Shown here: positions 54,676 to 62,149 of the stretch, piece after piece
Layout: every line of letters starts with the position of its first letter
How positions within the stretch are numbered: the stretch's first letter is position 1
Origin: a virus
Taxonomy: Duplodnaviria; Caudoviricetes
DNA: 64,000 nucleotides
Virus record (IMG/VR): IMGVR_UViG_3300028591_000148
Location: 1 to 64,000 of that record
Direction: 5' to 3' (one strand)
The notes under the pieces: generated by a model
The model's database searches: none
Told to the model about the DNA's origin: nothing
What the model saw: only the letters and a program-made list of their open reading frames with translations
Made by a program: the position numbers and the translations under genes

Positions 54676-55614
54676 TCACATGACGTTTACAATAAGATAA
54701 TCCACAACATCTTCCGATGTAACAATACCTTGTTTTACAGCTTTTTCGTAATATTTTAAATATTTCATGAATGTAACAAGTTCTTCTATTTTATATTTAT
54801 TTACATACTCCATAGCTGTTTTGACTTGATAACCTGTTAAACCTGTTGATTCTGTTACGTTTTTAGTACCTGCTAGTGTTATTTGAAGTACAGCCTTTAC
54901 ATTGTTATGAAGTAAAGAAACAATCATTAAAGGATTATCACCACGTTTTTTAGAATTTTCCATAAAAGAGTAGACGTGTTTATAATCTCTTTTCATAATA
55001 CAATCTACTAATTCATACACTTCACCACTTATTTCAGAATAAAAAACTCCATTCTGTTTACATATTCTAAAAGCATCGTTATCTGAAAGTCTTCTAGCTT
55101 TCTTTAGATTCTTAACTTTATCAACTTCTAAAAGTATTCTACCATAACTTTTACCACATAATTCGGCAAGGTACAAACAATCCTCTTCGGATATATCTAA
55201 ATCTTTACGAATGTATTTACACAACATACTTTCAGACAAATATGTGAACTCTACAATATTATCTACAAACTTCTTACTAAATTTAGAACGTGAATCTATA
55301 TTTCCGTATTTCATGATTACTGTGATATTTTTTGATTTGAGTTGTTTCTCAAGCCCTTCCCAGCTCTTTTCATCCGTTAAGAATGATTTATCATCACGAA
55401 TAACATATATAGATTTACTACTCGCAAATAAAGACTTGGTATTCAGTGTTTTGATAATGTTTTGTATAGACTCAGATTTATAGGTTATTCCACCTATTTT
55501 CTCACATAATTTATTGATGTATATATTCAGTATTTGAAATTCTTCCCCATAAAAGATATACAGATTTCTAAATGATCCTTCAGACATGGATTTTTTTAGT
55601 TCCATCAAGGTCAT
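54676..55614 (-). CDS. holA: DNA polymerase III delta-like clamp-loader subunit
   Basis: LYIFYGEE N-terminus, SLF motif, EVDKV; adjacent to holB/dnaX. Confidence 0.75.
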   Translation of the reverse strand: MTLMELKKSMSEGSFRNLYIFYGEEFQILNIYINKLCEKIGGITYKSESIQNIIKTLNTKSLFASSKSIYVIRDDKSFLTDEKSWEGLEKQLKSKNITVIMKYGNIDSRSKFSKKFVDNIVEFTYLSESMLCKYIRKDLDISEEDCLYLAELCGKSYGRILLEVDKVKNLKKARRLSDNDAFRICKQNGVFYSEISGEVYELVDCIMKRDYKHVYSFMENSKKRGDNPLMIVSLLHNNVKAVLQITLAGTKNVTESTGLTGYQVKTAMEYVNKYKIEELVTFMKYLKYYEKAVKQGIVTSEDVVDYLIVNVM

Positions 55615-56486
55615 TAGTACACACCTCCGGCAATATCAATATGGGTATTTAGAATCCAGTTATCGATAATCATTTGTTTACTGCTACCCTTCATCTGTAA
55701 CTCAGACAGATGTTTACTGGTGTTTTTAATTATTTTACAGAATACTTCTGTATCTTCCTTGCTACAATTTTCTAATAGATAATTATTACAACATAACATG
55801 ATACATCTTAAATACAGTATTGGGTCAAACTTTTCGGAATCTTCATCTTTCTTTAAATTTAGAAAGGTAGCTATTTTGAATTCATTGGCAAGATTAGCAG
55901 AACCTATAAACTGAATAAACTTATCTGCTAGATTATATAATTCTGTCACGTCTAGTTTGGAGCAGTTAAGAACATCCTGTGGTGTACTACATATACTCTT
56001 TACAATATTTAATTCTTTAGGTTTGAATTCTATCTTCTTTTCGTTTATGAAATCTTGTAAATCTGTTTGAGTATATGGGTCTAAATAAAACACAGTTCCT
56101 CTACTAACAATAGTCCCTAAAACAATATTGATATCTTGAACAGTCATAATGAAATATGAGTCATTAGGAGGTTCCTCTGTAACCTTAAGCAAAGCGTTTT
56201 TAGAGGTAACAGACATACCGTCACAATCAAAAAACATATATAAAGTTTTTTCTGTGACTGTGTAAGAATTATATATTACTTCTCTAACACTATCAGCTTT
56301 GATGTCACAAGGAACAAAATTAGCTCCTAGCTGTTTAGAAATGTAATCAGATATTAGTTTTTTACCTGAACCCATATTACCCACAAGAATACTAAACCTA
56401 GGAAACCTTCCATGTTCAATTAAATGATTTATTCTATCCAGCAATTTTGTTTGACCACATATATACATAGTCATGCCTCCGAACAA
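55614..56486 (-). CDS. holB: DNA polymerase III delta-prime-like clamp-loader subunit
   Basis: GNMGSGKK, NALLKVTEEPP, TIVSRG. Confidence 0.8.
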   Translation of the reverse strand: MFGGMTMYICGQTKLLDRINHLIEHGRFPRFSILVGNMGSGKKLISDYISKQLGANFVPCDIKADSVREVIYNSYTVTEKTLYMFFDCDGMSVTSKNALLKVTEEPPNDSYFIMTVQDINIVLGTIVSRGTVFYLDPYTQTDLQDFINEKKIEFKPKELNIVKSICSTPQDVLNCSKLDVTELYNLADKFIQFIGSANLANEFKIATFLNLKKDEDSEKFDPILYLRCIMLCCNNYLLENCSKEDTEVFCKIIKNTSKHLSELQMKGSSKQMIIDNWILNTHIDIAGGVY

Positions 56487-57496
56487 AGTAGAATAAATGT
56501 AGACTCAATCATAGGTTTAGGTGTAGATTCCCATTTTATACTATTGTTCAGGTTAATCATTTCATTAAGGAGTGTAATAAAGAACTTGAAATCCGAATTA
56601 TTATATTTGGACATTCTATTATCATAAAGATTAGGTATTTGAATAAATTCGAAAGATCTACAAATATCATATTTACAAAGATCTAACACAAATGCATTGT
56701 AATTCTTGATAAACTGCTTTAGGTCCATACCATCTCTATAAATAGTTTCAATTATATTTATGACTGTTTTCTTATTCATCTTGCACAATGCGTCTGTAAG
56801 ATCAAAAAGTGTATTATAGTCAACCGTTCCTAATGCTTTAACAACACTTTCCATGGTAACATCGTTAGAAAAACCTAATACTTTTTCCATAAGAGTAATA
56901 GCGTCACGCATACCGCCATCAGCGAGTTTTGCAATATAGCTAATTGCGTCTTCATTATATGTATAGGAACATCCTTCCTTATTTTCCATTTCCAATATAT
57001 ACTTCAGACGTTTTGTAATACCGCTGTGAGATATCTTCTTAAAATCATATCTTTGTACTCTTGATAGAATTGTATTAGGTATTTTTTGAGGATCTGTTGT
57101 TGCAAAAATAAATATACTTGTAGGTGTAGGTTCTTCAGTTGTCTTGAGTAAACATTGCCATGAGGTATTGCTCAGCGAGTGGGCCTCATCAATGATATAC
57201 ACCCGATAGTCACAACCAATAGGCTTAAACTTCGAATCATCTATTAGTTTTCTAACATCCTCTACACCACTATGAGAAGCTGCGTCTAGCTCTACAATAC
57301 CATTTCCATTATTGTTAATATACTTTGCAAATAGCCTGGCATCGGTTGTTTTACCAGTGCCCGCTGGTCCACAAAACAAATAAGAGTTTCGAATTGATTT
57401 AGTTTCAATCTGATTCTTCAATATTGCTTTGATAACATCCTGTTCTACTACTTCTTCAAATGTAGCAGGTCTATACTTCACAGCTAATGTTGGCAT
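56471..57496 (-). CDS. dnaX: DNA polymerase III gamma/tau-like clamp-loader ATPase (short form)
   Basis: LAVKYRP, GPAGTGKTT, ELDAAS, IIDEAH, TILSR, ADGGMRDA. Confidence 0.95.
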   Translation of the reverse strand: MPTLAVKYRPATFEEVVEQDVIKAILKNQIETKSIRNSYLFCGPAGTGKTTDARLFAKYINNNGNGIVELDAASHSGVEDVRKLIDDSKFKPIGCDYRVYIIDEAHSLSNTSWQCLLKTTEEPTPTSIFIFATTDPQKIPNTILSRVQRYDFKKISHSGITKRLKYILEMENKEGCSYTYNEDAISYIAKLADGGMRDAITLMEKVLGFSNDVTMESVVKALGTVDYNTLFDLTDALCKMNKKTVINIIETIYRDGMDLKQFIKNYNAFVLDLCKYDICRSFEFIQIPNLYDNRMSKYNNSDFKFFITLLNEMINLNNSIKWESTPKPMIESTFILLCSEA

Positions 57497-57554
57497 AATA
57501 AGAGTTCCTCCTGATTATAAAATAGAAAAGTGTAGAAAATATTTCTACAATTAC

Positions 57555-57659
57555 AGTATAACACATTTCCTAATAAAAGTCAATAGTTTATTAAAAATTT
57601 CTTACTTACTTTTTATATTTATAAATGTAAAAGCAGTATGTTTGTCACATACTGCTTTT
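57555..57659 (-). promoter_or_regulatory. terminator + promoter cassette
   Basis: TTGACT(57583-57578)-17-TATACT(57560-57555); hairpin AAAAGCAGTATG/CATACTGCTTTT. Confidence 0.8.
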
Positions 57660-57662
57660 ATT

Positions 57663-57995
57663 CTAACTTTCATTTAGATATTCGATGAACTTTTTCATAA
57701 CACTTTCGGGTAAAACATAATAGTTTTCACCGTCTCCAAAGTCAAATGCTAGTATAGGATAACGTTTTCCCATAGCGTAGCATTGTTCATCCACTTTTTC
57801 TAACCATTCTTTTTTAATAGAGAACGACTTCTTTTCTGTAATGCAAGTCTTACATTCGATTAAACAAGTATCACTAACCACATCACCTTTTAGAAAATCA
57901 CTAGATCCACTACTTGTTTGAACTTTTGCACCTAGTTTTTTAGCGGTTCGTTTTTCTTGTCTATCACTATAATATCTTGTAGGTTTCTTTTCCAT
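57663..57995 (-). CDS. PD-(D/E)xK nuclease, Holliday-junction-resolvase-like
   Basis: QE..AK, SGS..KGDV, LIECK. Confidence 0.75.
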   Translation of the reverse strand: MEKKPTRYYSDRQEKRTAKKLGAKVQTSSGSSDFLKGDVVSDTCLIECKTCITEKKSFSIKKEWLEKVDEQCYAMGKRYPILAFDFGDGENYYVLPESVMKKFIEYLNES

Positions 57996-59095
57996 TATTG
58001 ATCCTCAAGATAACTCTTAATAGAGTTTATAGATTCATCTGCGAAATTATAGAGAATATCAAGTTCCTGTGCCAATGTGTCTAGCTGTCTCATTCTTAAT
58101 TTTACAGCTTGTTTTACCATGGACATGAATCGTTTCATAAGTTTCTTTCTGGCAATGCGCTCACCCATATCCTCATTATAAGCATCACCATTCTTGCAAA
58201 TGGTTTTAGAAGTTATGATATAGATACCTTTATGTCTGTTAAGAAACAAATCTCCAAATTCGTACACAATAATTTCGGGTACGTTATCATAACATATTTT
58301 TGCCTGTGCTACGGTAATATCTCCGTAGTGCTTGAATGTAATGTCCAATGGGTCGCCTTTAAATTTTTTCATGTGTGTTTTTCCTCCTACAATATTCTTC
58401 ACAATCTTCTTGTGTTATATAAAAAACATCTGAGCAAGGTAATTCCAGATGTTCTTCACTAAATTTATCGTATATATTCGTTTCTCTAATGGATAAGAAC
58501 GAATCATTATAAGTACAATCATAAAATATAACATTATTTTGAATAGACATATTAGTAACAATAATTTCTTCCGTTTTATAATTGGATTTATATTCTCTAC
58601 AGCTACACAGTTTATAGGAAACAGAGAAAGAATTATCAACTAATACTAATCCATCTTTATTACATTTATTACATTTCTTAGAACGTACATATTGTATCAT
58701 GGGTCGATAAATAGTACACAGTCTAAACTTATTAAGAGATGTACTAGGTTTATCTACCTCGGCAAGTTTATTCTTATAATCAGAAACTTCTTTTCTTAAT
58801 GAGTCTATATAGTTTAGAATACCAATTTTTGTCTCAATATCCTCTTGTAAATAATCTCTTGGATTCATTCATTTCCCCTTCTTAACATAATTTTGGGAAC
58901 CTCCCTCATATACGAAAAATATACAAGGGAGGCTGGAACTTTCGTACCATTCACCGGAGGTGTTGTTCCCACAGGAAGTTCTAGGATAGGAGGTCGAGAA
59001 CCCATGGACAAAAAATGGCATTCTTCTAGAATCTAAACTTTTGAACTTCCAAGCGATCTAGATTCTACTCGACATGACCCAACAAAGCTGGGTGT

Positions 59096-59171
59096 TGGTG
59101 TCCCGGAACAGAATCGAACTGTTGACACGGGGATTTTCAGTCCCCTGCTCTACCATCTGAGCTACCGAGAC
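59096..59171 (-). tRNA. tRNA-Phe(GAA), CCA encoded
   Basis: Cloverleaf read by hand; anticodon loop CTGAAAA. Confidence 0.95.
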
Positions 59172-59177
59172 AAATAA

Positions 59178-59261
59178 CGGAAGGAGAGGGACTCGAACCC
59201 TCGCACCTTACGGTCTAACGGTTTAGCAAACCGTCCCCTTCACCAGCTTGGGTATCCTTCC
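59178..59261 (-). tRNA. tRNA-Ser(GCT)
   Basis: Loop TTGCTAA; long variable arm. Confidence 0.95.
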
Positions 59262-59265
59262 TAAA

Positions 59266-59337
59266 AGTGGATGAAGGGAATTGAACCCTCATTACCTGCT
59301 TGGAAGGCAGGAGTCTTAACCATTCGACGACATCCAC
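59266..59337 (-). tRNA. tRNA-Gly(TCC)
   Basis: Loop CTTCCAA. Confidence 0.9.
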
Positions 59338-59341
59338 AAAG

Positions 59342-59415
59342 TCCTCACAGTAGGACTCGAACCTGCGACCTACCGCTTAGAAGGCGGTTGCTCTATCCAA
59401 CTGAGCTATGTGAGG
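59342..59415 (-). tRNA. tRNA-Arg(TCT)
   Basis: Loop CTTCTAA. Confidence 0.95.
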
Positions 59416-59418
59416 AGA

Positions 59419-59829
59419 TTAACTACAATTATGACAAGTGTAATGACTACCATCGATAAATAATTGTCCAGACCAATTTGTATGAACATTAGGTAAATAT
59501 AATCTAAATGTATCGATTATCATTTCTTTTATTATAGATGTATTTATACACTTATCCATATAAACATTTGATTCGTATATAACTGTTCCATTCACTTGTT
59601 TATGGGGTAGTACCTCAACTCTTCCTCTCGGAAAATAGTCATAAGGAACAGATTTACCATTTACGATACATTCGTTTTTTAATGTTTCCCAAGATTTCTT
59701 GTGAAGTAAGTTTGTCATAAAATATGGATCATTAGGATCAACTGGATCTGTTAATGCTACTAGTTCGTTATCTATAACCCAAAATATTCCTTCACAAGGA
59801 ACTTGTAGACTTTCATAAACCATCATCAT
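59419..59829 (-). CDS. hypothetical protein inside the tRNA cluster, paralog of 488..916
   Basis: GIFW, HKKSW, YDYFPRGRVE, DGSHYTC. Confidence 0.8.
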   Translation of the reverse strand: MMMVYESLQVPCEGIFWVIDNELVALTDPVDPNDPYFMTNLLHKKSWETLKNECIVNGKSVPYDYFPRGRVEVLPHKQVNGTVIYESNVYMDKCINTSIIKEMIIDTFRLYLPNVHTNWSGQLFIDGSHYTCHNCS

Positions 59830-59934
59830 TTATCATCCTTATTCATAATACAGCAAGAATATAGAATTAATGTCATGAATACAGCTACAAATAAAATAAC
59901 TTTCATATATTATTCCTCCTTTATGGAGAAGAAA

Positions 59935-60018
59935 TGGAAGAGATTGGATTCGAACCAATGAAGCACATAGGCAACAGATTTACAGTCTGCCCCCTTTGAC
60001 CAACTCGGGAACTCTTCC
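59935..60018 (-). tRNA. tRNA-Tyr(GTA)
   Basis: Loop CTGTAAA; long variable arm. Confidence 0.95.
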
Positions 60019-60031
60019 AAATTATATTTAA

Positions 60032-60164
60032 TGCCGGGTGAGTAGTTTCAACCTCACGCATTCCCGTCCAGAGTTACATAACCTTTTTAACGGAGTTGGT
60101 CCTCCGAATGTTCTGTCGTAGGGACTGTATTTTCTTTTCGACTTTTAATGCTTGTCTACCGACA
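60032..60164 (-). ncRNA. putative structured RNA with tRNA-like ends and a central pseudoknot
   Basis: Nested helices TGTCGG/CCGGCA, GCATT/AATGC, GTCC/GGAC, CAGA/TCTG, ACAT/ATGT; T-arm-like GTGAG/CTCAC. Confidence 0.55.
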
Positions 60165-60174
60165 ATAAATATAA

Positions 60175-60249
60175 TGACCCTAACGGGATTCGAACCCATG
60201 TTTTCAGAATGAAAATCTGACGTCCTAGACCAGACTAGACGATAGGGCC
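60175..60249 (-). tRNA. tRNA-Glu(TTC)
   Basis: Loop TTTTCAT. Confidence 0.9.
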
Positions 60250-60251
60250 GG

Positions 60252-60339
60252 TGGTTGTCGTGGCTGGATTCGAACCAGCGTAAAGCACATACTGCTGGCG
60301 GAGTCAAAGTCCGCTGCCTTTCCACTTGGCGACACGACA
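60252..60339 (-). tRNA. tRNA-Gln(TTG) with an atypical long variable arm, CCA encoded
   Basis: Loop CTTTGAC, U1-A72, 18-nt variable region. Confidence 0.9.
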
Positions 60340-60347
60340 ATAACGAA

Positions 60348-60429
60348 TACTACCTGTGGGACTTGAACCCACATTCCTTTCGGAACTGGTTTTTGAGACC
60401 AGTGCGTATGCCAATTCCGCCAAGGTAGT
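60348..60429 (-). tRNA. tRNA-Leu(CAA)
   Basis: Loop CTCAAAA. Confidence 0.95.
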
Positions 60430-60439
60430 AGTATAAGAA

Positions 60440-60514
60440 TCGGAATGACAGGATTTGAACCTGCGACATCCTGCTCCCAAAGCAGGTGATCTAGCCAAAC
60501 TGATCTACATTCCG
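60440..60514 (-). tRNA. tRNA-Pro(TGG)
   Basis: Loop TTTGGGA. Confidence 0.95.
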
Positions 60515-60741
60515 AAATGTCACTAAACATTTCTATTCAGTGACATCTAGACTACTTTTCTTATGTAGTCTACAGAACCCTTATTCAGCTTAAGAATATC
60601 CTATTAGGGTGTGTCCATCAACTAGTTGAACAAATCAACTTTTTTAGTTTACTCTACTTTATGGACAAACAATCTTGGTTTTCGATTGCTACATCTAATC
60701 CTGATATTCTAGGATTTTGATGTATTTCAAGTAAACTATAA

Positions 60742-60825
60742 TGCTGCTGACCGGACTTGAACCGGTACGGTGTATCCACCGAGAGATTTTAAGTCTCTTG
60801 CGTCTGCCGATTTCGCCACAGCAGC
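60742..60825 (-). tRNA. tRNA-Leu(TAA)
   Basis: Loop CTTAAAA. Confidence 0.95.
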
Positions 60826-60833
60826 AAATATTA

Positions 60834-60905
60834 AGACAAGGGTGAGATTCGAACTCACGATCGTGGTGTTGCAGACCACTGTCTTAACCTCTTGACTACC
60901 TTGTC
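60834..60905 (-). tRNA. tRNA-Cys(GCA)
   Basis: Loop CTGCAAC, U73. Confidence 0.95.
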
Positions 60906-60980
60906 GTTATGTGAATCTGTTTTGTATGTACGCCGATAATCGTTCTTTCAAAATTATTCGTGTAACAGATTCACATAAAA

Positions 60981-61053
60981 TGGGATTGGACAGGATTCGA
61001 ACCTGCGATCTGGGCTTTGTGTGCCCTTGCCTTACCCACTTGGCTACAATCCC
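60981..61053 (-). tRNA. tRNA-like gene with aberrant anticodon loop (ACACAAA), identity undetermined
   Basis: Intact acceptor, D and T arms; no U33; A27-A43 mismatch. Confidence 0.75.
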
Positions 61054-61272
61054 TAGTGGAACACCAGTACCTCTCCCTTTCGACCGATGTATTAACGAAC
61101 TCCACCTAAATCCGTCCTGTAAGACCTAGTACAGGAAATATCATTTAAATATAACAGGCGTCCCTGCTTCCTATTTAACCCATAAGTGGAGTAAGGTTTT
61201 ACTGCTTACCTTCAAACATCGTCATCTAGGTCCGGATCCTAAATGATTCCAGGTAACTAGGATTACCCTTGA

Positions 61273-61345
61273 AGCTGGATGACGGACTCGAACCCCCGAC
61301 CTGCTGATTACAAATCAGCTGCTCTACCAACTGAGCTAATCCAGC
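61273..61345 (-). tRNA. tRNA-Thr(TGT)
   Basis: Loop TTTGTAA. Confidence 0.95.
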
Positions 61346-61544
61346 AAAGTGTCTGTCTATCCAGACTGTCATAAGGCACTGCCACTTATGTTACCGTCTA
61401 CCGTAAGCCTTATTCCCCTCTCGACGACCATTAACGGAGTGGTCCATTCCGGATGTCTTGTTAAGGTACAAACTCTTAAACCTTACTTTCTCAAGGTTAT
61501 TTTATAGAACCGTTTGATATAAGTAATAAACCTTTCAGTTCTTT

Positions 61545-61620
61545 TGGCTCCCGTAGACAGACTCGAACTGCCGACTTGATCATTAACAGTGACCCGTTCT
61601 ACCAACTGAACTATACGGGA
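61545..61620 (-). tRNA. tRNA-Asn(GTT), CCA encoded
   Basis: Loop CTGTTAA. Confidence 0.95.
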
Positions 61621-61624
61621 ATGA

Positions 61625-61701
61625 TAGGAACCCGGGGACTCGAACCCCGACAAAGACATGGCTTATAAGGCCACCGCTCTCACCGGTTGAGCTAGGCTCC
61701 C
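61625..61701 (-). tRNA. tRNA-Ile(TAT)
   Basis: Loop CTTATAA, A73. Confidence 0.85.
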
Positions 61702-61723
61702 ATATAATATGTGTTATATTTAT

Positions 61724-61752
61724 ATAATAACACATATTGCATTAAAAGTCAA
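61724..61752 (-). promoter_or_regulatory. promoter for the tRNA/ncRNA operon
   Basis: TTGACT(61752-61747)-17-TATTAT with extended TG, ~20 nt upstream of tRNA-Ile. Confidence 0.75.
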
Positions 61753-61769
61753 GTAGTTTATAAAAGATT

Positions 61770-62135
61770 ATGATTACAAAGCAGCCACGAGGAAACCTAT
61801 ACGGTCATGAGATTAACCCGTAAACCTTTTACCGTGGATTTTGTAAAACCTTATACTTTTCTCTTTACGTTTTAACCTTTATATGTAACTAATATTTGAT
61901 GTTTAAGGTTTTAACTTTGAGCTATAATCTTTAAACTTTCTAGCTGAATGAAGTGGATTCGAACCACGACTGGATTGGTAGTCCAGTGCTTTCCAAATTA
62001 TATAACTCTCAACCAAAGAAAGTTTGAAAGTTCTTTAAAATCTCAATTATTGGCGAGATCTTCAAGAATATATAGCTCTCTATTAACGCTTAGAGAATAA
62101 CGAATCTCAATTTATAGTTTTCGCTTTGCAATCAC
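61770..62135 (-). ncRNA. putative ~365-nt structured RNA with a heptamer array and an embedded tRNA-like domain
   Basis: Terminal stem TGATTGCAAAGC(62134-62123)/GCTTTGTAATCA(61782-61771); several internal helices; no plausible ORF. Confidence 0.7.
61846..61939 (-). repeat. twelve degenerate 7-nt repeats, AAA-N-N-Y-Y-like, as 7+5 units
   Basis: AAAGTTT AAAGATT ATAGCTC AAAGTTA AAACCTT AAACATC AAATATT [10 nt] AAAGGTT AAAACGT AAAGAGA AAAGTAT AAGGTTT. Confidence 0.75.
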
Positions 62136-62149
62136 AACCCCAAACTCAA

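Noticed and set aside
60032-60164. Canonical tmRNA (ssrA)
   Set aside because: Too short, with no tag ORF, no Ala-type acceptor and no encoded CCA; reported only as tmRNA-shaped.
59271-61129. Short ORFs overlapping the tRNA cluster (59271, 60074, 60225, 60304, 60911)
   Set aside because: They overlap clear tRNA cloverleaves and are spurious.
58895-61544. tRNA-associated HDV-like (theta) or hammerhead ribozymes
   Set aside because: I could not build the P1/P2/P3/L3 pattern directly 3' of the tRNAs examined and saw no CUGANGA/GAAA core; a covariance search is still advisable.
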